NCBI GenBank assembly: GCA_963823665.1
Contig: CAWGMQ010000007.1
Span: 544,001-608,000 of the forward strand
Reading direction: 5' to 3'
DNA: 64,000 nt
Origin: an uncultured Planctomycetota bacterium
Lineage (GTDB): Bacteria > Planctomycetota > Planctomycetia > Isosphaerales > Isosphaeraceae
Position 1 is the first letter of the stretch. Each line of letters starts with the position of its first letter. The notes below the pieces were generated by a model, which was not told the origin of the DNA, ran no database searches, and worked only from the letters and a program-made list of their open reading frames with translations. This document shows, piece after piece, positions 1 through 10,868 of this stretch. The translations under genes were made by a program, and so were the position numbers.

Positions 1-1059
1 ATACCCCAGCCCAGAGCCCGACATATGCGGCGTGCACAATAGCCCCGCCGCGTGCGCCATGCGAGCCACCCGCATCGAGCGGATGAAGCCGCCGTAGTAG
101 TGGAGGTCGGGCTGCACGATGTCGACGCCGCGGTTGGCGATTGTCCAGCGGAAGCGGTACTCGCTGAACTCCTGCTCGCCGGCGGCCACGGGGATCTTCA
201 AGGCGTCGGCGACCGCCTTGGTGTCTTCGAGATGGTCGAACTGGCACGGCTCTTCGTAAAAGCTGTAATCATATTCTTCCATCAGCCGACCTATTTCGAT
301 CGCCTTCGGCACGTCGTAGGAGCTATTCGAATCGGCATAGAGCGTCAGGGTCTTGCCGAATGTCTCACGCACGAGCGGAATCAGCTTCTCGGTGCGGCCT
401 GGCAGCGAGTCGGCATTGTCATTTCTCATCCGCCCTCCCAGGCGGAACTTGAGCGCCTTCGCGCCACTCTCGGCGACCAGTTTCTTGAGGTCCTCGATCT
501 CGGCTTCAGGGGTGTTTCCGCGGGTGCCGCTGGCCGTGTAGACCGCGATCTCGCGCTGTCTCACGCCACCCAGAAGATCGCCGATCGACTTGCCCGCCAG
601 CTTGCCAAGCAGGTCGAGCAGGGCGAATTCGGCGCCCGCGACGCACACCCACAAGGCCAGTCCCTGGTACTTGTAGTTGTCGGCATGCCGGTAAAGTTCC
701 CAGAGCAGGTCTTCAAGCTCGCGCGCATCCTTGCCCACAAAGAACGGGGCGACCCGGTTGACGAAGATCGGATACGTATGCACGTAGTGCATCGCGTTCG
801 GCACGCCAATCCCCTCGGCGCCATCGTCCGTTCGCACCCGAACGAGGAAGTTCTTCCGGTTCCGCAACAGCTCCATCGACGCGATCTTCACCGGCTTGGG
901 CCAGAGCGCGGTGTTCAAAATCGGGGCGGCCGCGGCCTGGTCGATCTTCTCATAGGTTGCACGCAGGTCATCACCGGCTGCGCGAGCCGGCGGCGCCGCG
1001 GCGAGCAAGCTTCCGGTTCCCAGTGCTGCGCCCAGAAACGATCGTCGAGTGCGTGGCAT
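1..1059 (-). CDS. Mandelate racemase/muconate lactonizing (enolase superfamily) enzyme with Tat signal; 3' end lies outside the window
   Basis: Manual translation (absent from the ORF track): MPRTRRSFLGAALG..., ALLDLLGK, KFRLGG, YADSNSSY, FYEEP, VAAGEQ, DIVQPD, CTPH. GGAGG precedes the ATG. Confidence 0.85.
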   Translation of the reverse strand, partial: MPRTRRSFLGAALGTGSLLAAAPPARAAGDDLRATYEKIDQAAAAPILNTALWPKPVKIASMELLRNRKNFLVRVRTDDGAEGIGVPNAMHYVHTYPIFVNRVAPFFVGKDARELEDLLWELYRHADNYKYQGLALWVCVAGAEFALLDLLGKLAGKSIGDLLGGVRQREIAVYTASGTRGNTPEAEIEDLKKLVAESGAKALKFRLGGRMRNDNADSLPGRTEKLIPLVRETFGKTLTLYADSNSSYDVPKAIEIGRLMEEYDYSFYEEPCQFDHLEDTKAVADALKIPVAAGEQEFSEYRFRWTIANRGVDIVQPDLHYYGGFIRSMRVARMAHAAGLLCTPHMSGSGLGY

Positions 1060-1192
1060 GTTGTAACCTCCGCGATGAGCGTGCGGGCGTCGACATGGCT
1101 CCATCTGCGATGAAACGGGACGCTGTTCGCTCAACATACCACGCGGTCGGGGCGCACGACAGATCGTCGAATGCGTCAGGCTAAAGCCCGAC

Positions 1193-1888
1193 CTACTCCG
1201 AAACAATCCTTCCGTCTTCCATCTGGATCACCCGATCGGCCACGTCCGCGATGCGGACGTCGTGGGTCACCATCAGGATCGTGCAGCCTTCCTCGCGGGC
1301 TAGACGCAGCAGGATCTCGACCACCTCGCGCCCGGTCTGGCTGTCGAGTGCCGACGTCGGCTCGTCAGCGAGGATGAGGTCGGGACGGGCCGCCAGCGCC
1401 CGGGCGATCGAAACCCGCTGCTTCTGGCCGCCGGATAGATGCGCGGGATAGGCGTCGACATAGCGGCCCAGGCCAACGGAATCGAGGATCTCGGCGGCGC
1501 GATCCTCCATCATCCCGCGAGGCAGCTCAGGATGTAGCTGCAGGGCCATCTGCACGTTCTGGCGGGCGGTCAAGAAGTCGAGCAGGTTGTGCAACTGGAA
1601 GATGAAGCCGATGGATCGGCGAACCATCACCAGATCGGAGGTCGCACACGCGTGCAGCTCGCGGCCGAGCACCGTCAGCTCGCCCGTCTCGACGCTGCGC
1701 AGTCCGCCGATCAAGGTGAGCAGCGTCGTCTTGCCGCAGCCGGACGGGCCGGTCAAGAGCACGACTTCGCCGCGGTGAATGTCGAGATCGAGGCCAAACA
1801 GCACCTGGTGCGGGCGGCCTCCCTCGTCGTACGAGTAGTCGAGCCCGCGCATGCGAATAGCGGGCTCGTTTTCATCGTGATCTATCAT
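1193..1888 (-). CDS. devA: ABC transporter ATP-binding protein, DevA-like
   Basis: Walker A GPSGCGKT, signature LSGGQKQR, Walker B ILADEPT; follows the devC- and devB-like genes. Confidence 0.85.
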   Translation of the reverse strand: MIDHDENEPAIRMRGLDYSYDEGGRPHQVLFGLDLDIHRGEVVLLTGPSGCGKTTLLTLIGGLRSVETGELTVLGRELHACATSDLVMVRRSIGFIFQLHNLLDFLTARQNVQMALQLHPELPRGMMEDRAAEILDSVGLGRYVDAYPAHLSGGQKQRVSIARALAARPDLILADEPTSALDSQTGREVVEILLRLAREEGCTILMVTHDVRIADVADRVIQMEDGRIVSE

Positions 1889-2007
1889 GTGTCCGCCGTG
1901 CACCGCGTGAGGATGCCCTGCTCGTGTGGCCGGCGCGTCCCGCCGCCGGTAACCCGCTCGCTTGGTCTCGATCGAAGTCGTTGCATCGGTCATTTTTGGG
2001 CCCCCAG

Positions 2008-3174
2008 TCAAAACACCGCGGCGGGATCGGCCTGGCTCAGCTTGCGCATGGCAAGCAAGCCGGAGAAACCGCACATCACGATCGTCAGGGCAAAGATCAA
2101 GAGCCCGCGATCCAGCGTCATGCTCATCGGCAAGTTGGTGACCTTCACCGCGAACGCGTAAAGGCACCACGCCAGCGCCGCGCCGGGCACATAGCCCAGA
2201 AGCGACAGTATCAGCGACTCTTCCATCACGACGCGTCGCAGGTAGCCGTCGGAATAGCCGATTGCCTTGAGCGTCGCGTATTGAGGGAGATGATTGTTGA
2301 CGTCGGTGAAGAGCACCTGGTAAACGATCGCGAAGCCCACCAGAAAGCCCACGGCGGCTCCAAGGGTGAAGATGAAATTGATCGGGCGGGATTTCAGCAG
2401 GAACTCGGTCTCGCGATCCATCATCTCCTTGACCGTGAGCACCATCAGGTCGACGCCGAAGACCTTGGCAAGCTCCGCCTGCACCTGCCGAAGCGGAGCG
2501 CCTTTGCGCAAGCGAACAACTCCCAGATCAACCGATCCGGGCGGCCGAGCCGGGAACAGCCGCAAGAAATTCACGTCGCTCGTGACCATGTTTCCATCGA
2601 CGGCGAAGTTCGCCCCGATCTTCGTCGTGCCGACGACCTTCACGCGGCGCAGGCCGTTGATCTCGGCCTCGATCGATTCGCCGGCGGCCACTCTGGCCGC
2701 GACCTGGCCGAACTCCTTGCGCGACATGGCGTCGAAGAGGCAAGTATCCGTTTCGTGCAAGATACTGGCTGCTTCCATGACGCCTGGCGCACGGATCGCG
2801 GGCGAATAGGGAACGACTCCGTACACGAAAAGGGGCTGTTTGTCGCGTGTCCACGGGTCTCGCCACTTGGCCGTTCCCATGTACAGAGGCGTGACTTCCT
2901 CGACATCGGGGTGCCCCTTGGCGCGGGTCAAGAGCCGGCGCGCGAAGGGTTGAGGGCTGGTGATCTGATGGGTGTGCGGGTTCATGATCACCAGGTCGCC
3001 GCGAAGCTGGCGGTGGATCGTCGTGGCGCTCGCCAGTGCGGCGCCCAGGAAACCGAGTTGCATCCACATGAGAAGATCCGCGAACACGATGCCGACGACG
3101 GCGGCCACCAGCTTGGTGCGTCCGTGCGTGAGCTGAAGCCAGGCGATCGGAAGGCGCCGGAACGGACTTCTCAT
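2008..3174 (-). CDS. devC: ABC transporter permease, DevC-like (FtsX family)
   Basis: AWLQLTH..., LMWMQLGF, YQVLFTDV..HLPQYATLKAIGY, C-terminal ADPAAVF. Confidence 0.9.
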   Translation of the reverse strand: MRSPFRRLPIAWLQLTHGRTKLVAAVVGIVFADLLMWMQLGFLGAALASATTIHRQLRGDLVIMNPHTHQITSPQPFARRLLTRAKGHPDVEEVTPLYMGTAKWRDPWTRDKQPLFVYGVVPYSPAIRAPGVMEAASILHETDTCLFDAMSRKEFGQVAARVAAGESIEAEINGLRRVKVVGTTKIGANFAVDGNMVTSDVNFLRLFPARPPGSVDLGVVRLRKGAPLRQVQAELAKVFGVDLMVLTVKEMMDRETEFLLKSRPINFIFTLGAAVGFLVGFAIVYQVLFTDVNNHLPQYATLKAIGYSDGYLRRVVMEESLILSLLGYVPGAALAWCLYAFAVKVTNLPMSMTLDRGLLIFALTIVMCGFSGLLAMRKLSQADPAAVF

Positions 3175-4295
3175 TTTCCGTTTTCTCCCGTGTCGATGGT
3201 TACCTCGGCCCGGGCGTTCGAGATGGCCGCGACTCTGCGGCTGTCATCCGGGCTCAATTCAATCCGCACTTCGACAACGCGGGCATCGATGTCGGCGACA
3301 GGGTCGTTGCTGAAGACGACCTTGCGGCTGACGACCAGATCCTTGCGGACGACTTTGCCGGTCAGGTCAGCGGCGAGCGTCGGGATTCGCACTTTCGCGT
3401 TCTGGCCGATCGAGACCTTGCCGACATCCTGCTCATAAACTTCGGCGACCGCGTGCATGACCTGCGTGTCGCCGATCTCGACGATTCCCTGGTCGGCCAC
3501 GCGTTCGCCGGGCCAGACGTGGATGCGCAGGACTTGACCTTTGATCGGCGAGCGAACCTCGGTGGCGTCGAGATCGGCGCGGGCCAGCTCCAGCCCAGCC
3601 TGGGCCTGCACCAGCTCGGCCTCGGCGACCTTGACATCGGCGGGGCGAATCGCCTTGAGAGCAGCGAGGTCGGCCTTGGCCTGGTCGAGTGACTCGCGGG
3701 CAGTTTCATATTTGAGTGTCTCGTCGTCAAAATCCTGCGCGAGCCCGCGGCGCGCTTGAGCAGGATCCCCGCTCGCCCCAGGTCGCGCTCGGCGCCGCGC
3801 ACCTCGGCTTCCCATTTCTTGATGAGGGCTTCCTTCGCCTCGACTTCCTCGCGCTTCGGCCCAGCCAGCACCTGTGCCAGCTTCGCCCGCGCCACCCCGA
3901 CCTCGGCCTGTGCCTTCTGGACCGACGCTTCGCGGCGGCGATAAGGATCGAGAACGGCGATCACCTGTCCCGACCTCGACCCAGTCGCCCACGCTGACGA
4001 GCAGTTGATCGACTCGCCCGCCTTCCGACCCGCTGACCGGCGCGATCTTGATCACCTCGCCGTGCGGCGCCAGCCGGCCGAGCGCACTCACGCCGATCGC
4101 AATCGGCCGTGGCTCGACGTGCTCTTCAGTAGGCTTGAGCAGCGGAGCGACACGAGTCGCACCCCAGGCCCCTCCGGCTGCGAGCAACGGAAGCAACACC
4201 CAGGGCCCGAAGCGACGTAACGCGTTTTTCCGATTCCGCGGCCGCGTGGAGGCACGCACCTCCTGCGCCGATCTGACCGCTTCTGCAGTTGCCAT
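3171..4295 (-). CDS. devB: HlyD/DevB-family membrane fusion protein; two compensating frameshifts near 3965 and 3740
   Basis: VSALGRLAP, LLVSVGD, VRSPIKG, AVAEVYE, DARVVEVRI. The middle segment is in ORF 3362..3964. GGAGG RBS. Confidence 0.8.
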   Translation of the reverse strand: MATAEAVRSAQEVRASTRPRNRKNALRRFGPWVLLPLLAAGGAWGATRVAPLLKPTEEHVEPRPIAIGVSALGRLAPHGEVIKIAPVSGSEGGRVDQLLVSVGDWVEVGTGDRRSRSLSPPRSVGPEGTGRGRGGAGEAGTGAGWAEARGSRGEGSPHQEMGSRGARRRARPGASGDPAQARRGLAQDFDDETLKYETARESLDQAKADLAALKAIRPADVKVAEAELVQAQAGLELARADLDATEVRSPIKGQVLRIHVWPGERVADQGIVEIGDTQVMHAVAEVYEQDVGKVSIGQNAKVRIPTLAADLTGKVVRKDLVVSRKVVFSNDPVADIDARVVEVRIELSPDDSRRVAAISNARAEVTIDTGENGK

Positions 4296-4408
4296 CGATC
4301 GCAAACCTCCGAAGGTAGGGTCCGCTGTTGCGGACCGTCTGACGAGCGAGGGAACGGTCCGCAATGGCGGACCCTGTAAAGCCTCACCGTTTTAATCGGA
4401 TTTCGAGT

Positions 4409-5026
4409 TTACGTAATCGGATTTGTTTCTTCTTCCGCGAGCTTCAAAAGCTCTGCGACGATCGCGTGCCGCACCGGGTCGTCGTCTGCCAGCACGCCCA
4501 GGTGCCGCCAGAGCATGAGCCCGAACACGGCAGGCCAGAGCGCGACCTGGCGAAGGCCGTTGGGGCCTTCTTCGAGCAGCCGCTCGCGCACGCCCTTCAA
4601 TCGCTCGCGGATGGGGTCGAGCAGCCGCGGGTTGGTCGCCGATGCGGCCAGCATCGCGATCAAGAATCGCGGCATTTCCGGAAGTCCAGGGCAGGCCCCC
4701 TCGGTTCCGTGAATCGTCTGGATCAAAGCACGGAACCACCGGCCGTTTGGATTCGGGTCCGAAGCCATCCGCGACTCGATGGTCTTCTGACACAGACCCG
4801 CATGGTGCTGAAGCATGGCGGCAATCAACTCGTCCTTGGACGCGAAGTGATAGAGCAGCCCGCCCTTGCTGACGCCCGCCTCCTTGGCCACCGCTTCCAG
4901 CGTCATGCCCGAGATCCCCTCGCGCAGCGCCACCTGCACCGCCGCAACCATGAGCCTCTCCCGGCTCGATAGCGGAGCGTCACCGGCGAGACCCGCATCA
5001 GGCGCCGAAAGCACCGTCCGAGACAT
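4409..5026 (-). CDS. TetR/AcrR family regulator
   Basis: HTH TLEAVAKEAGVSKGGLLYHFASKDEL; first gene of the devBCA operon. Confidence 0.9.
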   Translation of the reverse strand: MSRTVLSAPDAGLAGDAPLSSRERLMVAAVQVALREGISGMTLEAVAKEAGVSKGGLLYHFASKDELIAAMLQHHAGLCQKTIESRMASDPNPNGRWFRALIQTIHGTEGACPGLPEMPRFLIAMLAASATNPRLLDPIRERLKGVRERLLEEGPNGLRQVALWPAVFGLMLWRHLGVLADDDPVRHAIVAELLKLAEEETNPIT

Positions 5027-5063
5027 GTCTCTCTTCCTCGAGCACCGACCAGCCATTGCACTA

Positions 5064-5114
5064 TACCGTCCAGCCGGTACAGCAACTATACCGGCTGGAC
5101 GGTTGGTTTGTCAA
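5064..5114 (-). promoter_or_regulatory. Sigma70 promoter overlapped by two TetR-type operator boxes
   Basis: TTGACA (5114-5109), 18 nt, TATAGT (5090-5085). Boxes TACCGTCCAGCCGGTA (5064-5079) and TACCGGCTGGACGGTT (5089-5104) are inverted copies of each other. Confidence 0.75.
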
Positions 5115-5276
5115 GATCGCCTCTGTTCGTGGACGCAAGAATCGGATGCGGAAAGCCTAAGACGAGTCTTGAAAACGATTTAGAGAACGACGATAGCAAC
5201 GCTCTCAGGGTAGTGGAGTGACGGCGCCAAGCTGCGTGCGCGAGCGAAGTCCGCATCGGTCACCACCTGTACGAGC

Positions 5277-6893
5277 TCAACCAAGCTGAATATCCAGCCG
5301 ATTGACCGAGGCCGGCGGCAGCACACAACGAATCTCTTCGCCGCCTGCTCGCGGGTCGTGCACGGCCGGGCGGGGCAATACGGTGTCCGGCTGCAAAAAC
5401 GTGTTGTGGCCGTTTAATTGCTCGTGGGATAGCACCGTCTGCTTCGCGCCGGCCGCGCGCCCGCCTTTGAGCCGCACCACCAACTCCGCCGGCTCGGTCG
5501 CATGTGTGTGCACCAGCGTGACCGTCGCCGAGCCCGCGCCGCTTACCGACGCTGACCCGGCTACCCGAAAGAGTTGCTGCTCGCCGACGCCCGCGTGAAA
5601 CGCGATATCCGGCGCTTCCACCACCAACCGCACGGCCTTGGCCCCATGATGCGGCCGGTACATCGTGTAAACATGATAGGTAGGCGTCGCCACGAAGTTG
5701 TCGCCATCGGCCAGGAACAGCGAGTGAAGGTTGTTGACGAGCTGTGCCACGTTGGCCATGTCGACCTTTTCCGCGTGCCGGTTGAACGTGTCGAGCGAGA
5801 GCGCCGCCACCAGGCCGTCGCGCAGCGTCCCCATCTGCTCGAAGAGATGGCGCTTGTTGATCTCGGTTCCCTCGGGATGCCAGCTTCCCCATTCGTCGAT
5901 GATCAGCTTGATTCCGTGCTTTGTGTCAAATTCACCCAGTGCGGCCCACTGGTCCTTGATGAGCGTCTCCATCCGGTTGGCCTTGTGGAGCTGCTCGTAC
6001 CACTGATCCTGATTGAATTGAAGCGCGTGCCCGGTCGTTCCGCAATAGTAGTGCGGCGCCCAGCCTTGAATCGGCGCGTGCTGGCCGTCGTTCCATTTCG
6101 CGAAAAAGCGCCGTGTCCAGCCGACGTCGTTGCCGTTGGGGCCCGCGGCGATCAGGTAGAGCGGCACGCCGTATTTCGGCAGCCATTCGGTGAACTTTCG
6201 GTACTCGCGGCAGTAATCTTCGGGGATGAAGTTGCCGCCGCAGCCCCAGCTCTCGTTGCCGACTCCCCAGTACCGCACGCGGAACGGCTCGGTCGCGCCG
6301 TTGCCAGCACGCCCGTCGGCGATGGAAGTCGAGCCCGCCGGTGCGTTGCAGTATTCGATCCACTGCTGAAATTCCTCCGGCGAGCCGGTTCCAACATTGG
6401 CGGCGAAATAGGGCTCGACCTCGCAGAGACGACAGAAGCGGATGAATTCGTGCGTGCCGAAGTGGTTCGATTCGGTTTCCTCGCGCCATCGGCCGAAGCG
6501 CCGCGGGCGCGACGCTCGCGGACCGATGCCGTCGCGCCAGTGATACTTGTCCGCGAAACAGCCCCCCGGCCAGCGCACGACAACATTCCCGAGCTGCTTG
6601 ACGTGATCGATCAGCTTCTGGCGGATGCCATCGGTGTTCGCGATCTTCGAGTCCGGTCCGACCCAGATTCCGTCATAGATCACGCCGCCGATGTGCTCGG
6701 CAAACTGGCTGTAAATCGCCGGCTTGATCGTGCCGATCGGCTCATTGAGGAGGATCGTGCACGAGAGCTGCTCGGCCGAGCCGGCTCGTCCGCGGACTGC
6801 CCGAGAAGCCCCCGTGGCACCAGCGACCGCCGCGGCGCCGGTAAAGGCCAGCCGCTGTAGCGCTTTCCGCCTGCCGATCGAATCGCCTTGCAT
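5277..6893 (-). CDS. Alpha-L-arabinofuranosidase (GH51) with Tat-like signal
   Basis: QFAEH, RWPGGCFAD, WGVGNESWGCGG, IDEWG, MANVAQLVN; N-terminal GRRKAL. Confidence 0.9.
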   Translation of the reverse strand: MQGDSIGRRKALQRLAFTGAAAVAGATGASRAVRGRAGSAEQLSCTILLNEPIGTIKPAIYSQFAEHIGGVIYDGIWVGPDSKIANTDGIRQKLIDHVKQLGNVVVRWPGGCFADKYHWRDGIGPRASRPRRFGRWREETESNHFGTHEFIRFCRLCEVEPYFAANVGTGSPEEFQQWIEYCNAPAGSTSIADGRAGNGATEPFRVRYWGVGNESWGCGGNFIPEDYCREYRKFTEWLPKYGVPLYLIAAGPNGNDVGWTRRFFAKWNDGQHAPIQGWAPHYYCGTTGHALQFNQDQWYEQLHKANRMETLIKDQWAALGEFDTKHGIKLIIDEWGSWHPEGTEINKRHLFEQMGTLRDGLVAALSLDTFNRHAEKVDMANVAQLVNNLHSLFLADGDNFVATPTYHVYTMYRPHHGAKAVRLVVEAPDIAFHAGVGEQQLFRVAGSASVSGAGSATVTLVHTHATEPAELVVRLKGGRAAGAKQTVLSHEQLNGHNTFLQPDTVLPRPAVHDPRAGGEEIRCVLPPASVNRLDIQLG

Positions 6894-7007
6894 GTCGCTC
6901 TCCCTTCCAGATTGTCGCCGGGCAGCATGGTTTCGATCCACCTACCCAAGGCAGTATCATCTCTTCCTGGTCTTCTTGCAAACACCTGGCACGCGGGGGT
7001 CTTGCTG

Positions 7008-10000
7008 ATGTCGAAGGTCTGTTCCAGCAGTCGGCGATCGCGGCGCGAATTCCTCTCACTCGCCATATCGGCCGTCGCGATTTCCATTTCGTCTACCTTT
7101 GCCGCAGCGCCAGACTCCGAGCACCCGAACAAACCAGTCGTCGCCGACGTGGTGCTGCGCAACGGGACCTTGATCGACGGTACCGGCGCACCGGCCCGGC
7201 GGGGCGACCTCGCTTTCCTCGGCGAGCGGATTCTCGCCGCCGATTCGTTTGAGATCGGTCCCAACTCGAAGGTCATCGACGTCACCTCGCTCGTCGTCGC
7301 GCCCGGATTCATCGACCTCCATACGCATTCCGATCCGGGGATCACCGAGCCGGCGAAACGGCTGAACCGGAATTACATCACTCAGGGGGTCACCACCATC
7401 GTGACCGGCAATTGCGGGCTTGGCGTGGTCGACGCAGGCAAGTTCTTCACCGCGATTGATGCGCACAGGGCCGGCACCAACGTGATTCACCTGGTTCCTC
7501 TCGGAGCGCTGCGCTCGAGCGTCATGGGCAACGCCGATCGGCTGCCGAGCCGCGACGAGCTGGCGCGAATGAAGCAGTTGATCAACCGTGCAATGGAAAG
7601 CGGCGCGTGGGGGATCTCCAGCGGGTTGATTTACGTGCCCGGCCGATACGCGAAGACTCCAGAGCTGATCGAGCTCGCCAAGGAGGCCGCCCGGCATGGC
7701 GGAATCTACGCTTCGCACATCCGCAGTGAAGGGGCACATCTGGCCGAATCGATTGACGAGGCGATCGCGATTGGCAAGGCAGCAGGAATTCCGGTGCACA
7801 TCTCGCACTTGAAGGCCAGCGGAAAATCGTACTGGGGAACGGTCGGCCAGGCGATCAGTCGCATCGCCGCCGCCCGCTCATCTGGTGCGCGCGTGACGGC
7901 CGATCAATACCCCTACGTCGCTTCAGCCACGAGCCTGGCCGCGATGGCTGTGCCCGACTGGGCGCTTCAGGGAACAACGGCCGATTTCGTGCGGATCGCC
8001 GCGGACGGCGACCGCGGCCGCCGGCTCCGCGCGGGGATCGAGCAAAACCTCCTCGAACGCGACGGCGGCAGCTCGATCCGGATTGCGCTATCCCCCGCGG
8101 CCCGACTGGGCCGGGCTCGATCTCGCCTCGATCGCCAGTCGCGAAGGGGTGACGCCGGCTGATGTCGTACTGGAAATCCAGCGCAAGGGCGGCGCATCGG
8201 CGATCAGCTTCGGGATGAGCGAGGACGACGTACGAGAGGTGATGCGGCAACCGTTCGTCGCCACGGCGTCCGACGGCTCGACGCACATCGCACGATCCGG
8301 CGAGGTCACTCACCCGCGGGCGTATGGCACCTTTCCGCGCAAGATCCGCTACGCGCTCGACGAGAAGCTTATCACGCTCGAAGAGGCAATCCGATCGTGC
8401 ACCGGCCTGCCCGCGGAGATCCTCGGGCTGCCCGATCGAGGCGTCCTCCGCGCCGATGCGGCTGCCGACGTCGTCGTGTTTGATCCCGCAACGTTTCGCG
8501 ATGCGGCAACTTTCGATCGGCCGACCCAATTTGCTCCTGGACTGAAGCATCTCTTCGTCAACGGCAAACCACTGATCGCAGGCGGAGATCTTCTCGTGGA
8601 TTCGAAGACAAAAGCCAAGCTTCCCGGCCGCACACTGCGCCTCAAGCGAGATGGCCACGCCTCGTTGATTATCCGGGTGAAACGCATCTGGACAGGTGAC
8701 CGGGCCAACCCGCACGCAGAGGCAATCGCCGTGCGCGACGGCGCGATTGCGGCCGTGGGCACAAAGGCCGATGTCGATCGCTTCCGCGGTCCGCGCACCC
8801 GCGTGATCGATCGGCCGGAGCTTTTTGCGCTGCCGGGCTTGATCGATGCGCACGGCCACATGGAGTCGCTCGGAGCCACGCGGGAACAGCTCGATCTGCG
8901 GGGTGTCGCATCACTCGCGGAGGCCGAGCGCAAGGTGAAGGAGCGGGCTCAAGCCATGCCGGCGGGCTCGTGGCTCACCGGGCGAAACTGGGACCAGAGC
9001 CTCTGGCCGGGCGGAAAGTTTCCAACGGCGGAGCTACTCGACCGCGCCGCGCCCGGACGCGCGGTGTGGCTGAGGCGCGTCGACGGCCACGCCGGCTGGG
9101 CCAGCACCGAAGCGATGAAGCTAGCCAAGATCACGAAAGACACCCAGGCGCCGCCGAGCGGCCAGATCATCCGCGACTCCGCGGGCAACCCGACGGGCGT
9201 GTTCATCGACGGTGCCATGGGTCTGGTCGCCAGCGCTGTTCCGTCCTCGGGCAAGGATGCGATCAAACGCCACCTGCTGGCCGCACAGCAGGTGGTGCTT
9301 GAACACGGGTTGACCTCGGTGCACGACGCGGGCATTTCCGGGGCGGTCGCGGATGCCTATCGCGAGCTCGATCGCGAAGGAAAGCTAATTGTCCGGGTTT
9401 ACGGCATGGCCTCGTTGCCCGCCGGTGGCGAGCTCGCGTTTGCCGGCCGGCGGCCGCCGGCGTCGCTCGAGAACGCGAGGTTCGAGCTCCGGGCGATCAA
9501 GCTCTTCATCGACGGCGCCATGGGCTCGCGCGGCGCCCTCCTCTTCGAGCCTTACCACGATGATCCGCGCAATAGAGGCCTGCTCTTGATCGACCCCAAG
9601 CTGCTTGAGGCGATCGCCACACACGGCCTCCGCAACGGCTGGCAAATCTGCACGCACGCCATCGGCGACAAGGGCAATGCCCTGGTTCTGGACGCCTATG
9701 CGGCTGCGCGGAAAGCCGTGCCCGAGGCCCGCGACCCGCGGCTGCGGATCGAGCACGCCCAGGTGGTGCGAAAGCAGGATGTGGCCCGTTTCGCGGAACT
9801 GGGCGTGATCGCGTCGATGCAGCCATCGCATGCCAGTGACGATCTGCGCTGGGCCGATGCGCGGCTCGGGCCCGATCGAGTGGCCGGTGCCTACGCCTGG
9901 CGATGGTTTGTTCAGGCGGGCGTGAAACTGGCCCACGGCAGCGATTTCCCGGTCGAGATCGTCAACCCGTTCTGGGGAATCTACGCCGGAATCACCCGGC

Positions 10001-10269
10001 AGGAAGCAAATGGTAATCCGAAAGGCGGCTGGCATCCCGAGCAGAAGCTCACGCTCGAAGAAACGCTCCGCGGCTTCACGGCCGGTGCAGCGTACGCGGG
10101 TTTTGCCGAAGATCGGCTGGGTGTGCTCAAGCCGGGTTACCGTGCGGATTTGACGATCGTCGATCGCGATCTCTTCGAGGCCGACGCAGCGAGCGTGCTC
10201 GGAAGCAAAGTCATGATGACGGTCGTTGATGGAACAGTGGCATTCGAGCGGCCGGGAAACACACCCTGA
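7008..10269 (+). CDS. Fused double amidohydrolase (N-acyl-D-amino-acid deacylase-like plus YtcJ-like); frameshift near 8088
   Basis: Tat SRREFL. Domain 1: PGFIDLHTH, GVTT..GNCG, SHIR, HPRAYGTFPR. Domain 2: PGLIDAHGH, DGAMGSR, HAIGD, RIEHAQ, GSDFP. Confidence 0.8.
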
Positions 10270-10296
10270 GGAGCTTCGCACATCGGTCGCGGTCGG

Positions 10297-10786
10297 TTAC
10301 CACAATTCGTCTCGCAGCTCGAGCTCGCCTTCCTCGCGCATGTGCTGGGCCTGCTCGGCAAGCTGATTGCGGATCCGATCGAGCTTCCCCGATAATACCC
10401 CCGGCGGAATCGCTTGCAGCACGGACAGCCCCTGCGTGGGCCGCGCGAGCTTCTGGATCAGCACCTGCGCCAGCTTGAGCTGCACGCGCGGCGAGGGCTC
10501 CGGAACGGCCTGCACATAGTCGAGCATCACGTGTGCGGCTTCGCCCCAGCAATCCTGATCAGTGAGGGCCTGGATGAGATCGATCCAGTCGGATTCCTGC
10601 GGTTGCCAGCCGCTCAAACGGCCGTGCGACTTCTTGTAAACGGCAAGCGCCGCCTCGACTTCGCCCAGCTCGAGATGCAGGCGCATCGTTCTGAGAGCCG
10701 CCGCGGGTTTGTCTTCGATCGAGGTCACAGGCCGCGGACCCGTTTTTCTCGCATTGTCCTTTTTGCGTGGCGGCTCGTCGGGCATT
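10297..10786 (-). CDS. Hypothetical helical/TPR-like protein
   Basis: Open frame with amphipathic helices (VQLKLAQVLIQ..RP); start uncertain. Confidence 0.55.
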
Positions 10787-10868
10787 CGCGTCTTCTCACT
10801 CGGCTGGTGGAAAAGCGGAGCGTCTTTGCCCGGAAGCAACCGCATCGAAGCAAAAGCTCCGAGAAGGC

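Noticed and set aside
52..1113. 353-aa plus-strand ORF
   Set aside because: Antisense shadow of the minus-strand enolase-superfamily gene
5574..6860. 428-aa plus-strand ORF (likewise 1924..3438, 13472..14692 and 49262..50500)
   Set aside because: Shadow ORFs opposite well-supported genes
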